Positions 31,350-40,548 of a stretch of 64,000 bases of DNA are shown piece by piece. This stretch comes from a virus. Taxonomy: Duplodnaviria > Caudoviricetes. Position numbers and translations under genes: made by a program. The stretch lies in the IMG/VR virus record IMGVR_UViG_3300012984_000010; one strand, given 5' to 3'. Numbering within the stretch: position 1 is the stretch's first letter; every line of letters starts with the position of its first letter. The notes below the pieces were generated by a model. The model was not told the origin of the DNA. It saw nothing but the letters and a program-made list of their open reading frames with translations, and did no database searches.

Positions 31350-32762
31350 TTAGTCGACGCCTTTCAAGTTACACACAGGGTACAGCCGTTTGTGAACGGT
31401 AGCTATGTCTGCCTGCTCTAAGACAGCCACAACCTCGTCCAAATCTTTGTAAACCTCGCCGCACTCATCCAAAGGTGTGTGCTTGTGATTGCCGACGATT
31501 CCTTCGATCGTTACACCGTTGAAGGTTCGCTTCACCGTCTTCATCTCATGATCGATGCGCTCTTGCTTGTGCTCAAGCTTTCGCTTCGCCTCTCCTCGGG
31601 CCATCTTCCGGCCAGAGCCGTGGTTGACCGAACAAGCGGACTTGTGAGCGCCAGCATTTGGAAAAAGGATAACCGCCCCAGTCATCATGCTGCCAGGAAT
31701 CAGACAAGGGTGTCCAGTCGTTTCCCAAGACGTTCCAACCAGGTCGGGATGGCCTGCTGGAAAAGCACGGGTCGCCCCTTTGCGATGGACGTAACCTCGC
31801 TTGGTCGTACCGTCCGGCAAGACCAAGGTTTCCTCTTGAACGAGGTTGTGACTGATCTCGTAGTAGACCTCCGAGTCGGCCGCGAAAACCTCTTGCAGAG
31901 CCTCCTGGACGCCCTGAACAATCAAGTGTCGATTGGCGATAGCGTAGTTGGCCGCAGAGTTGTGGTACGCCCAATACTCCTTGCCTAGAGGCTCATCGAG
32001 TCGAAGCCAGGAGTCTTCACGACGGTTGGACGGAAGTCCTCGGACCTTCGCCCCCTCGTAGAAGAAATGGTTGGCAGTCTGCCACCCGTACCCACGGGAG
32101 CCACAGTGAATCATCACGTAGACTTCCCCAGAATCCCGATCAACCTGGACCTCAATGAAGTGGTTGCCCCCTCCAACACTACCCAGCTGGGGAGATGCTT
32201 TCTCGTAGGCCCTCTCGATCTTGTTCAGATCGATGTCCTCTGGAATCTCGATGTACTGACGTTCGCAAAGATCCGACCGGATCCCCAGCGCCTTGGCACC
32301 GTAACGAAGGATCTCTTCAGTCTTCTTGGCCCCAAACTTGGTCGAAGCGCCCTGACCCTTGCCCATGGCGACCCGCTTCTCAATCTCACGAATCAACCGT
32401 TCTCGCTGATACCAGCTCTTCAGGGAACTGGCCTGCAGGTCGACCTTCATGTAGACCACCCCACACGAAATGTCGTACCCAGAACCAGCCTGGATGATTG
32501 TGTTGTCGGTCACCACCGCGCAACCGACGGGGATTCCGTAACCGAAATGACAGTCTGGGAGGGCATACACACCCGTCACACCCTCATAGGACGCTGCCAC
32601 TCGAAGCTGATCCCACAAGCCTTCCTCAGAGTCCTGGTAGAGGCTCTCAGACAAGAAGGCGTTGGCTTCCACCAACATACCAGAAACCTTTGGTAGAACG
32701 TATTGACCTTCAGCGACCTTGATAGCGGCGTACTTGAGAGACATGAGTGCCTTTACGGCCAT
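31350..32762 (-). CDS. rtcB: RtcB RNA ligase
   Basis: LPDCH.GYG.PVG, GYDISCG, GGGNHFIE, HCGSRG, SHN, HRKGAT, HGSGR. Confidence 0.95.
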   Translation of the reverse strand: MAVKALMSLKYAAIKVAEGQYVLPKVSGMLVEANAFLSESLYQDSEEGLWDQLRVAASYEGVTGVYALPDCHFGYGIPVGCAVVTDNTIIQAGSGYDISCGVVYMKVDLQASSLKSWYQRERLIREIEKRVAMGKGQGASTKFGAKKTEEILRYGAKALGIRSDLCERQYIEIPEDIDLNKIERAYEKASPQLGSVGGGNHFIEVQVDRDSGEVYVMIHCGSRGYGWQTANHFFYEGAKVRGLPSNRREDSWLRLDEPLGKEYWAYHNSAANYAIANRHLIVQGVQEALQEVFAADSEVYYEISHNLVQEETLVLPDGTTKRGYVHRKGATRAFPAGHPDLVGTSWETTGHPCLIPGSMMTGAVILFPNAGAHKSACSVNHGSGRKMARGEAKRKLEHKQERIDHEMKTVKRTFNGVTIEGIVGNHKHTPLDECGEVYKDLDEVVAVLEQADIATVHKRLYPVCNLKGVD

Positions 32763-32801
32763 CGAGGATAGCTCAATAAGGGTCTCTTGTCACCTACACC
32801 C

Positions 32802-33236
32802 TCAAGTCAGCAGGCGTATGTAAAAAGTCAGAGCCGCCCCTGAGACATTCGTAATGGAGGTCTGGGTGAAAGTCTCATTGTGGACGATATCCACCGTTCC
32901 CGTAGCATCCACCCAGTTGGAACTCACTTTTTTCAACACATACACTGAAGGCGGAAATCCGAATCCGTGATTCAAGACGACCGACGCCCCGTTGTTGATC
33001 AGTTGGGAGTCTTCAAGCTTCAGCTTACCTGCTGCCAAGAAGGCCTTGATGTCTCCCGACAGGACGCTTCGCAACACTTCTGAGGTGTTGGGCAAGTACA
33101 CGCTGTGTCCTGCCCCAAGATAGCGTTCTTCTCCCCTCCGGCCCTCAGTTTGAGAGGCGGGGGTAAACTTCAGATCTCGTAAGTGGAGCGTGCCCTGAGA
33201 GATGTTGGTGACCTTCACATCAGGGCACGGCCACAA
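32802..33236 (-). CDS. Hypothetical beta-rich protein
   Basis: 144 aa ORF in operon with vWA and rtcB. Confidence 0.5.
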   Translation of the reverse strand: MWPCPDVKVTNISQGTLHLRDLKFTPASQTEGRRGEERYLGAGHSVYLPNTSEVLRSVLSGDIKAFLAAGKLKLEDSQLINNGASVVLNHGFGFPPSVYVLKKVSSNWVDATGTVDIVHNETFTQTSITNVSGAALTFYIRLLT

Positions 33237-33245
33237 GTAGAAGGT

Positions 33246-34790
33246 TTACTTCACTGTTGGGGGAATTTGGTCCGGATCCCCCATAGCGATCACTGCGTCA
33301 ACAGGGATCAATTGAGGAGTCTCAGGAATGATGATCGAGGGTGTTTTGGTGATCTCCACCACAGCAGGTACTTGAGACCACAATCGGGCAGCGACGTCCA
33401 AAGGAACAGCCGCAACCGCCACCTCAGGGGCCTCCACGAAGTTCGATACCGTCTGGGTCATCGAGGCATTCCCTAGACTGACATCGCAAAAACTGAGATC
33501 CTGCAACGCCTCAGCATCCATACTGGAGGCTCCGAACGCCCTCGTACCCCCGACCTTCATGCTGCTCAGATAACCACCACTAGTATCGTACAAGCCCTTT
33601 GACGACACCTTGTGCTGGACTGACGCCGCCACCCTAGCAGTGTTGTGATGACCACGATTCTGAACCAAATTTGCCGTATTGGCCATAATCTGGGCCGCCG
33701 CCTCGAACTGCCCCTTCTTGGCTTGTTCCTCGGCCTCCAGCTGAGCCCGCACCACTTGAGCCAAAGCCACAATGGCATCCAACTCCTTGTTGGGCTCCTT
33801 CTGAGCATCCTCCGCCGAGACAAACTGGGCCTTCACCTTGGCCTCAATCGACTTGGTTTCCCTCTGACCTTCTGAGGTAATGACCTGATAGGTGGTCTTG
33901 ACATCGAAGATGTTGACCGCTCTGGGTCCAGCCTTCCCCTGCTTGAGTTTGACATCAAAGACGAAGTGTCTGGTCTCTTCTGCCAAGATGTCAGGAAACT
34001 GGAACTCTGCCTCTCCCAATACGTTCTTGGTAACCACCACATCCGTCACAGCCTTTTCGACGGGATGTCCCGCCAAAGGATTGATCTCAACCAGGATGTT
34101 CTGAGCGTAGGTGCTCAATAGGCCGCCCAGCTCTCGTCCGAAAGCCGTCAAGGCGTCGTCAGGATCCTGCACGTAGGCGTAGTTACCACTTCCTTCTTGG
34201 GCAAAGTTGGTCAAGAAGTCCTGATCGCAGGAACCGTTCACCGTCCCCGTCGACCCATATCCGAAGGCGCTAACGGTGGTGGAGCCTAGGCTGCTTTTCA
34301 GCAATTTGAGGATTTGAGACTTGTCTGTAACCCCCACATTCGGCTCCCCGTCCGTAAACAGGATGATTCGCTTGATGTACTTGGGGCTCAGATCCAACCC
34401 CTCCACCATCTTGAGCGCCTCAAGAAATCCGTCAGTCAGGTTAGTGCTACCCATGGGTCTGAGTTTACTCACCAGGTTCTTGAACTGGGTTTTCACCTCG
34501 GCTGTCACCTGTTGAGGTTTCATCAGTTTGTGGATGCTGCTTTCAAAGCCTATCAGGCCAACAATATCCCCAGGCTGGAGCTGATCGATCAGCTTAAGCA
34601 GACTCTTCTTAGCGTATTCGAGCTTAGCTCCTGACATCGAGCCTGAGAGGTCAATGACCGGCAACACGCAGATAGAGGGCCTCTTGGTCGCCCAATCGGA
34701 TGCAGGGGCAGTGATGGACACCACCAAATGGGTTTGGTTGTCCTTGGAATGATCGTATTTTTGGTTGGTTAGTCGCGCTTGAATTTCCAC
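33246..34790 (-). CDS. vWA-domain protein (YfbK/CLCA-like)
   Basis: MIDAS DLSGSM, GSTN, LFTDGEPN, GSGNYAYV; likely GTG start at 34790. Confidence 0.9.
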   Translation of the reverse strand: MEIQARLTNQKYDHSKDNQTHLVVSITAPASDWATKRPSICVLPVIDLSGSMSGAKLEYAKKSLLKLIDQLQPGDIVGLIGFESSIHKLMKPQQVTAEVKTQFKNLVSKLRPMGSTNLTDGFLEALKMVEGLDLSPKYIKRIILFTDGEPNVGVTDKSQILKLLKSSLGSTTVSAFGYGSTGTVNGSCDQDFLTNFAQEGSGNYAYVQDPDDALTAFGRELGGLLSTYAQNILVEINPLAGHPVEKAVTDVVVTKNVLGEAEFQFPDILAEETRHFVFDVKLKQGKAGPRAVNIFDVKTTYQVITSEGQRETKSIEAKVKAQFVSAEDAQKEPNKELDAIVALAQVVRAQLEAEEQAKKGQFEAAAQIMANTANLVQNRGHHNTARVAASVQHKVSSKGLYDTSGGYLSSMKVGGTRAFGASSMDAEALQDLSFCDVSLGNASMTQTVSNFVEAPEVAVAAVPLDVAARLWSQVPAVVEITKTPSIIIPETPQLIPVDAVIAMGDPDQIPPTVK

Positions 34791-34867
34791 GGGAAATGCT
34801 CCGTTACTGGGATGATACCCAAAATCGAAGATCAGCAGAGCCCGGAAACATTCCAGGGTCAGAAGTT

Positions 34868-34986
34868 CTTCGTAAACAGTCGAGGAATCACCTTTTGATG
34901 TAGGCCTAAGCCTCAAATCGAGGGTATTCCAGAGTCGGTTGCTATCGGCCTTCCCAAACCCGAAGGTGCGGACTGCCTACACGAAG
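34868..34986 (-). ncRNA. Candidate structured RNA in the vWA gene leader
   Basis: CUUCGUGUAGGCAGUC pairs with GACUGUUUACGAAG (14 bp, 2-nt bulge) around internal hairpins. Confidence 0.4.
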
Positions 34987-35031
34987 AACCCAAGCCCTAG
35001 GGCGCGGTCCATCTAATGGTCATATACACCA

Positions 35032-35322
35032 TTGCGAAAAGGATCGCAACATCTTTTTTACACCCACTCTTATGTGGGAACCCGACGGACAGAATCGAAG
35101 AGCAAGCTGATTCTCCGTATCACCAAAGCATTGGAAGATCGGGACACCCTCATCCCCTGTAAAGCCTGCAATGGGGATGGAAAACGTCTCATGGAATACC
35201 CCAAAGGGGGTTACCGGATGATCCAGTGCAAATGGTGCGATGCTGGATTCACCGATAAAACCACGGCAGCCATGTTCCGAAGATGGCTCAACATTGTGAG
35301 GATAAATGACCCCTCTAAGTGA
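35032..35322 (+). CDS. Small protein with DnaJ-type Zn finger motifs
   Basis: CKACNGDG, CKWCDAG. Confidence 0.5.
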   Translation: MRKGSQHLFYTHSYVGTRRTESKSKLILRITKALEDRDTLIPCKACNGDGKRLMEYPKGGYRMIQCKWCDAGFTDKTTAAMFRRWLNIVRINDPSK

Positions 35323-35635
35323 ATTGGATGCGGTGTTCGTGACCCATACTCCGACCGGTTTCTATTGCGATCGGTCTTTTGGCGAAGCCCAGGGGATCCT
35401 ATTCCTCTGTCCTAGCTGCTACCGTAAGAACGGAAACTCCGACATTGGAGTACATAGTGTTCTGGTTTGGTTCAAAGACAGAGGAGTGCCGGACACTGCC
35501 GAGCCTTTGGCTCGTTGGCAGCTATCCGGCACCTCTATGGCGGACGTCACCATCACACCCAGCATCAACCTGGCGACCGACGAACATAGCCGTGATGAGT
35601 GGCACGGCTATGTTACGAACGGGCACGCTACCTGA
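35306..35635 (+). CDS. DUF6527-like Zn-binding protein
   Basis: FLCPSC..H, W..SG.....T.TPSI, WHGYVTNG. Confidence 0.6.
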   Translation: MTPLSELDAVFVTHTPTGFYCDRSFGEAQGILFLCPSCYRKNGNSDIGVHSVLVWFKDRGVPDTAEPLARWQLSGTSMADVTITPSINLATDEHSRDEWHGYVTNGHAT

Positions 35636-36229
35636 TCAAGCCACTTTGGCTTTGGTGATGTACGGATCCCACTCAGGCGGAGCTTTCCGCGCATCAATGT
35701 AGGGCTCGTTCATCGGCAGCACAGCGGGCTTGACCGGCACTTTCAGGAGGTGCATTCCGCTGTCTGCGAGCAGCAGATTACCCTTCCGATCATTACACGG
35801 GTAGCAAGCCATCACGATATTCGGCCAATCGGTCTTTCCACCTTTTGAACGAGGGAGAACGTGATCGTAGTTGAGCTGAGACATCGGGAGCTTGGTCCCG
35901 CAGTATTGGCAGGTGAAATCGTCTCGAAGACACACGTTGATCTTTGAGAACTTGATCCCACTCTTAACCTTGTTCAACTTGCGACGCAGAACCGCCACCG
36001 CCGGAACCTTCATATCGAAGGACTCCATGTCGGTCCCAATCACCTGGCGCAAAGCTGTACGCAGCTCTTTGAAGGTACTCAGGGTCTGACGATCGATATG
36101 AGCGATCACCTCATCGTACTGGACAATGACTTCCAGTTTTCCTGCAAACATGCGGGTCACTGCGTCTTTCCAGTCAACGATTTCGTGCGGCCTGTAGTGC
36201 TGGTTGAGTATAAGCGTCTGCGTGAACAT
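35636..36229 (-). CDS. HNH endonuclease (McrA-like)
   Basis: RDDFTCQYCG, DHVLPRSKGG..W.N.V.AC..CN..KGN. Confidence 0.9.
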   Translation of the reverse strand: MFTQTLILNQHYRPHEIVDWKDAVTRMFAGKLEVIVQYDEVIAHIDRQTLSTFKELRTALRQVIGTDMESFDMKVPAVAVLRRKLNKVKSGIKFSKINVCLRDDFTCQYCGTKLPMSQLNYDHVLPRSKGGKTDWPNIVMACYPCNDRKGNLLLADSGMHLLKVPVKPAVLPMNEPYIDARKAPPEWDPYITKAKVA

Positions 36230-36297
36230 CTGTACCTACTTCACTTTACGTCCTCTTTGGGCTCAAATATAACCCATTGGATCCTGATTTGCATCCA

Positions 36298-36332
36298 AAT
36301 TGTGGGCCTACTACCGTAGTAGACCCACAATT
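36298..36332. terminator. Hairpin downstream of the HNH gene
   Basis: AATTGTGGG..CTACTAC / GTAGTAG..CCCACAATT inverted repeat right after the stop at 36336. Confidence 0.5.
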
Positions 36333-36335
36333 GGT

Positions 36336-36998
36336 TTACCGACTACGCTGATTCTGATTCAGGGGGATGTTGGCCAAAGTAGGCAAAATAGCCTGATTGG
36401 CTTCCTTCTGGGCAGGCGTCAGATTGGCCGACACCTTCAGGTAGTGATGGCTTTCCAACCATTTATCGTACGGAAGATTGCCACGGGTCTTGTTGCATTT
36501 ACGGCAGGCCGACAAGAGATTGGCCTCGATACTAGGACCTCCCACCTCCCAAAGGACCAAGTGGTCAACCGTCAGGGGGATGCCTTCCTTCCCGCCTTTA
36601 CCGCAATAACGGCAAGTGTAGCCGTCCCTAGCAAAGACCTTCCAAGCAATCGAAGACTCGATATTTCGCTGGCTCTTCCTAGTAATGATCTTGGCTAAGG
36701 TTCCGTCGGAAGCCTTGGAAAGGATCTCGGTCTCCAACAGGTCGGTCTGGCGGAGGAAAGTCTCCCATTCGGACGAGCCCATGTTCAGGGTATGGACTTC
36801 CAGCTCATCAGTGCCGTTGAAGCTCACGTCATCCCATTCCTTTTGACTGAAGAAGACTCGGTGCTGGCCAGAAAAGATTCTCCCATGGTCCTCAGGGAAC
36901 AGGGCCAGGTACACCTTGCCATTACCAATCCAGACAGAGCCAGCCAACTGAATGGTGTGGCCGACGTCCAATAGATTAAGATCGTTTAGCTTTGCCAT
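36336..36998 (-). CDS. HNH endonuclease with N-terminal extension
   Basis: RDGYTCRYCG, TVDHLV...GG....NL..AC..CN..RG. Confidence 0.85.
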   Translation of the reverse strand: MAKLNDLNLLDVGHTIQLAGSVWIGNGKVYLALFPEDHGRIFSGQHRVFFSQKEWDDVSFNGTDELEVHTLNMGSSEWETFLRQTDLLETEILSKASDGTLAKIITRKSQRNIESSIAWKVFARDGYTCRYCGKGGKEGIPLTVDHLVLWEVGGPSIEANLLSACRKCNKTRGNLPYDKWLESHHYLKVSANLTPAQKEANQAILPTLANIPLNQNQRSR

Positions 36999-37020
36999 GA
37001 TGGTTCTCTACACCTGAAAG

Positions 37021-37064
37021 TGAAACGGCATCCCATCCCATTTTGAGATAGATGCCGTCATTTT
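37021..37064. terminator. Terminator-like hairpin
   Basis: ACGGCATC ... GATGCCGT stem. Confidence 0.5.
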
Positions 37065-37239
37065 GGAAAGATTGCCGCTAAAGGTCTCATCTGGAGTCGG
37101 AGTAGGGCCCGTCTCTCAAACCTTACCGCAACCATAGAGCTACCTAGGTTCACGCCACCGCTTTCCGTCGGGGACGTGATAGCAGGGCAGAAGGTACCTT
37201 CTGCCTCGTGACTTCATCGAGAGTTCTGAAGTCACTTAG

Positions 37240-37701
37240 TGTAGGTGCGCGGAGTTGAACCGCGGTCCTCGATTTCTACAGAGAGATCTTGTTCATGTGC
37301 GTAGCCTACTAAGCATTCCAACTAGTGGACCCTAAGGAGCCGTAGGCTTCTACCTCAGGGCTTTGACGGAATCTCGTCCGTCAACCAGCCATTCTACAAT
37401 CTCACCACCCAGTGGTTAGGCAATCCTGGTAGGCCAGCCTTATCTCGAATGTCTCGTATATCCAGGCCGTAGCTTAGGACTCGTTGACATGGGAGACTTC
37501 GTTTTGGTTTCACTCCTCGGGTACCAAGACAATCTACCGAGGTAATGGCTACGTGCTCCCGTCAAGGGAGCGGCTACCCTTTCAGGCAGCAGCAGCGAGT
37601 GCGTTGTCGTTCGCAGTTATAACGGCCTGTTTTTAATGGGACAGACTCCCATTGCACAATCGATCTACTCCTTCGTCACCAAGTCGAAACCCGTCACCCA
37701 C
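37240..37701 (-). ncRNA. ssrA: tmRNA, tag peptide (A)ANDNALAAAA*
   Basis: 5' GTGGGTGACGGGTTTCGAC; 3' CGCGG-TTCAACT-CCGCG CACCTAC A; G3.U70 pair; resume context ATAACT GCG; tag ORF 37614-37582. Confidence 0.95.
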
Positions 37702-37900
37702 ATAGGGTCCGTTGGCCATCAACGCTTCTACGGCTTTGGTTGCCCTCTGCCTCTGCTCCGACCAACGGCACCACACTAGCTATGCAGCGAAACGTTAAAG
37801 CTAGTGTGGCAATTATACTACATCAGAGCTGTCCCTTGCGGAACCACCTTGCTCCTATCGTTGGCGAATCCGAAGATTCCCAGGCCGAAGGTACGGCCAG

Positions 37901-37985
37901 TGCTGAGAGCGGGATTCGAACCCGCACACCCTTTGAGGGCTGTAGTTTTTGATACTACCGTGACTGCCAATTCCACCATCTCAGC
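37901..37985 (-). tRNA. tRNA-Leu(CAA)
   Basis: Cloverleaf, GTAGT-ATCAAAA-ACTAC, long variable arm. Confidence 0.88.
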
Positions 37986-38339
37986 AATACCCTGGAACCC
38001 CCGCATGGGGCTCCAGGTTCTGTAACACTGGTTTTCAACGTGTACCACACACCTCAGAATTATCCAAACTAGCCCATATTGAAAGGGGCAACCTGAGTAT
38101 CGACCCAAGTACCTAGCCTAGTTGTTTGAATCCTTCTGCCCGGCTTCTAACGGGGACTTCTAGAACCAGTTGGGGCGATAGGTTCCCCTACCGTCCTCCA
38201 CCACCTAAACCGACTTTCGTCGGTCCAAGACTTTTGCTGTTGTCAGCTTCATACACCCTAACGGTCACCAGTTGGGGTACCTTAAGGGCGGGATAGATGA
38301 AAAAGTTCATTTGTCCGTGGGCTGACAGGGGTCAATGTG

Positions 38340-38408
38340 TGCACCAGACAGGATTCGAACCTGCTCACCTCGGGTTAGCGAGATGTGGCGCCATTCCACC
38401 ACCAGTAC
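38340..38408 (-). tRNA. Atypical tRNA-like gene (6-nt anticodon loop CTAACC)
   Basis: D arm GTGG/CCAC, T arm GCAGG-TTCGAAT-CCTGT, weak acceptor stem. Confidence 0.45.
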
Positions 38409-38412
38409 ATTC

Positions 38413-38581
38413 GAGAAAGAGCAAACAGGAGCAAGGAAGGTAACAATTCCGCGTCGCTACCGGTACCGGCCATCTGCTGCTACCTTAATGGTCGACAAGT
38501 ATCGAAAGCCTATATTGGTGCGAAGGGGATAGTTAGGCGACTCACTGACTTTCGTCAATGTCTTTTTACGTGCTCTTTCTC
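38413..38581 (-). ncRNA. Candidate structured RNA
   Basis: Closed by an 11-bp GAGAAAGAGCA/TGCTCTTTCTC helix, with internal hairpins. Confidence 0.45.
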
Positions 38582-38610
38582 CAGACGGGTTGCCCCGCCT
38601 GCTCGATCCC

Positions 38611-39138
38611 TCACTCAATCAAGAGTGTTGGATCTAAGTCTACCATCTGGGACGTGGCATTTGCCGTAGCAATTACGGAACGCAACGCTCCCGCTCGCCG
38701 GCTTGCTAGCCCTGTCACGGCCAACAGCTCTTCCGAGCTCAATACTTCCACAGCTCGTTCTTGGTTAGGATTGTTATCCCTAACGGTGGGGTCCTCATAG
38801 CTGTACTTGGATTTCTCCTTACCAGTAACAGCGGCCTTCCACATTTTTTCAATCTTGCCAGCCGATCCGACATGCTTGATCGCCTCAGCTAAGGTCATGC
38901 TCTCACCCTGAACATTCACCCCAACCAAGAGGTTGTATTGCATCTGGGCAACCTGCAACTCTACGATCGCCCGCTCGGCAGTACTGATGTCTAGCGCCAC
39001 ATCGTGTGGGGATTTCTTGTTCTCCTCACCCTTAAAACGGTAGAGAGATCCATTGAACGACTTGTTGGCCGCCGCCAGGCGAAGTTCCCATTGTTTGAGA
39101 GCGTCTCTCAGAGCGTATCCTGTGACTGCAATTGGCAT
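38611..39138 (-). CDS. Hypothetical helical protein
   Basis: Start MPIAVTG, 9 nt after a GGTGTA motif. Confidence 0.6.
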   Translation of the reverse strand: MPIAVTGYALRDALKQWELRLAAANKSFNGSLYRFKGEENKKSPHDVALDISTAERAIVELQVAQMQYNLLVGVNVQGESMTLAEAIKHVGSAGKIEKMWKAAVTGKEKSKYSYEDPTVRDNNPNQERAVEVLSSEELLAVTGLASRRAGALRSVIATANATSQMVDLDPTLLIE

Positions 39139-39159
39139 CTTTGATCCTACACCGATTCG

Positions 39160-39233
39160 TGGGCCCGGTCGGGTTCGAACCGACAACCGCCGAGTTATGA
39201 GCTCGGAATTCTCACCGATTGAATTACAGGCCC
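39160..39233 (-). tRNA. tRNA-Ile2/Met(CAT)
   Basis: CCGAG-CTCATAA-CTCGG; GGGCCTG/CGGGCCC acceptor. Confidence 0.9.
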
Positions 39234-39253
39234 GTTGAGAGTCCTAGACTTTG

Positions 39254-39332
39254 TAGACCGTGGAGGGATCGAGCCTCTAACCACCTGCATATAAGACGGG
39301 CGCCGGACACCTTCCAGCTTAGGTCACGGTCC
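39254..39332 (-). pseudogene. Degenerate tRNA-like gene, anticodon TAT (Ile)
   Basis: GGACCGT/ACGGTCT acceptor, loop CTTATAT, aberrant D region, T loop CTCGATC. Confidence 0.4.
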
Positions 39333-39476
39333 GTAATCTTGAGTTCTAACGGACTTTAACGAGGATTCTGCCATTACCTGTGCATCTAGAGCATATGGTC
39401 CAGTGCGGGGTACTGAGAACCCTGACATAACTGGTTCCTTTACAGGTAGGGCAAATAATCAGAGCGTTCATTTTCT

Positions 39477-39563
39477 TGGTAGTCCCTACCGGATTCGAAC
39501 CGGTACGCCCTTTCGGGCAGCCTATTTTAAGTAGGCCGTGTATGCCTTTCCAACCAAGGGACC
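39477..39563 (-). tRNA. tRNA-Leu(TAA)
   Basis: GCCTA-CTTAAAA-TAGGC, long variable arm, CCA. Confidence 0.92.
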
Positions 39564-39642
39564 GTACTAACCAATCATCGTATCAAAGGATTTCCGACCT
39601 TTCAAGGGGTGATTTCTTCTTTGTTTCACCACCTAGATTGCC

Positions 39643-40548
39643 ATGCGGATTCTTATCGTAGAAGACAGTGCCACCGACCGCCAATTGCTCCGTTACTTGC
39701 TTGAGGACAAATTTATGTCCGAGGCAAAGTTTCGGGAGGCTAGCAATCTTGCCACAGCCGTCAAGTACCTGGATGCGGGCAATATCGACTGCGTTCTGTT
39801 GGACCTTCAATTACCTGATTCCGCTGGGAAAGAAACTTTTGAGAAGCTGATTAGTCGCTTCCCCGATGTGCCGATCATCGTGATGACCAACAACAAGGAC
39901 CGTGACCTGGCGGTCAACATGATCAAGCTGGGGGCAGCCGACTACATCCTCAAGTCCTACACCGACGAGGAGGAGCTTTTTCGTCGAATCGTGTTCGCAA
40001 TCGAGAAACATCGGAGGACCGTTCGCATGCCGATCGACAATGCCTCCAGTATCCACAAGCTGGAACGAGCTCAAGCCAACCTCGCCTCGGCCCACAAGAG
40101 TGGCGAACATGGGGCGATCCGCTCGACAACGATGGAGACCACCACCGCCATTGCGGACCTGTCCAAGAGTCTGTTCACCGAGCTACAAGCGATCTCTGGC
40201 AAGCTGACCCAGCAGGACACACGGGTCGGCCACATGGAGGATATTGTTCGCACCTTGGAACAGGAGCTGCTGAAAGGGCACCCTACCCGTGCCTCAATGC
40301 GTTCTCAGGTGGATCTGATCGATCACCGGCTCACCCAAAACGAGCAAGGACTGAAGTCGGTCAGAGACGGGTTGAAACACGATGACGAGACTCAACGAAT
40401 GAGCGCGGTGTCGTTGCATCAAACCCGCATGACCAACAAGACCAAGCTATTGCTGGGAGTGTTGACCCTAATTGGAGCTATCGCCACAGCAGTGGCTTCC
40501 TACGAGGCCTCCAATGGAGGGAAGGCCGACACAGGGCATCACCCGTGA
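39643..40548 (+). CDS. Response regulator (REC) with coiled coil and C-terminal TM helix
   Basis: ILIVEDS, LLDLQLPD, MT, GAADYILK; hydrophobic LLLGVLTLIGAIATAVA. Confidence 0.88.
   Translation: MRILIVEDSATDRQLLRYLLEDKFMSEAKFREASNLATAVKYLDAGNIDCVLLDLQLPDSAGKETFEKLISRFPDVPIIVMTNNKDRDLAVNMIKLGAADYILKSYTDEEELFRRIVFAIEKHRRTVRMPIDNASSIHKLERAQANLASAHKSGEHGAIRSTTMETTTAIADLSKSLFTELQAISGKLTQQDTRVGHMEDIVRTLEQELLKGHPTRASMRSQVDLIDHRLTQNEQGLKSVRDGLKHDDETQRMSAVSLHQTRMTNKTKLLLGVLTLIGAIATAVASYEASNGGKADTGHHP

Noticed and set aside
33246-34916. ORF-track start at 34916 for the vWA gene
   Set aside because: The first 42 codons look non-conserved and coincide with RNA hairpins; GTG at 34790 is preferred, though not proven.
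38160-38285. Direct repeat CCAGTTGGGG (two copies ~100 nt apart)
   Set aside because: Only 10 bp and two copies; no further units or associated recombinase.
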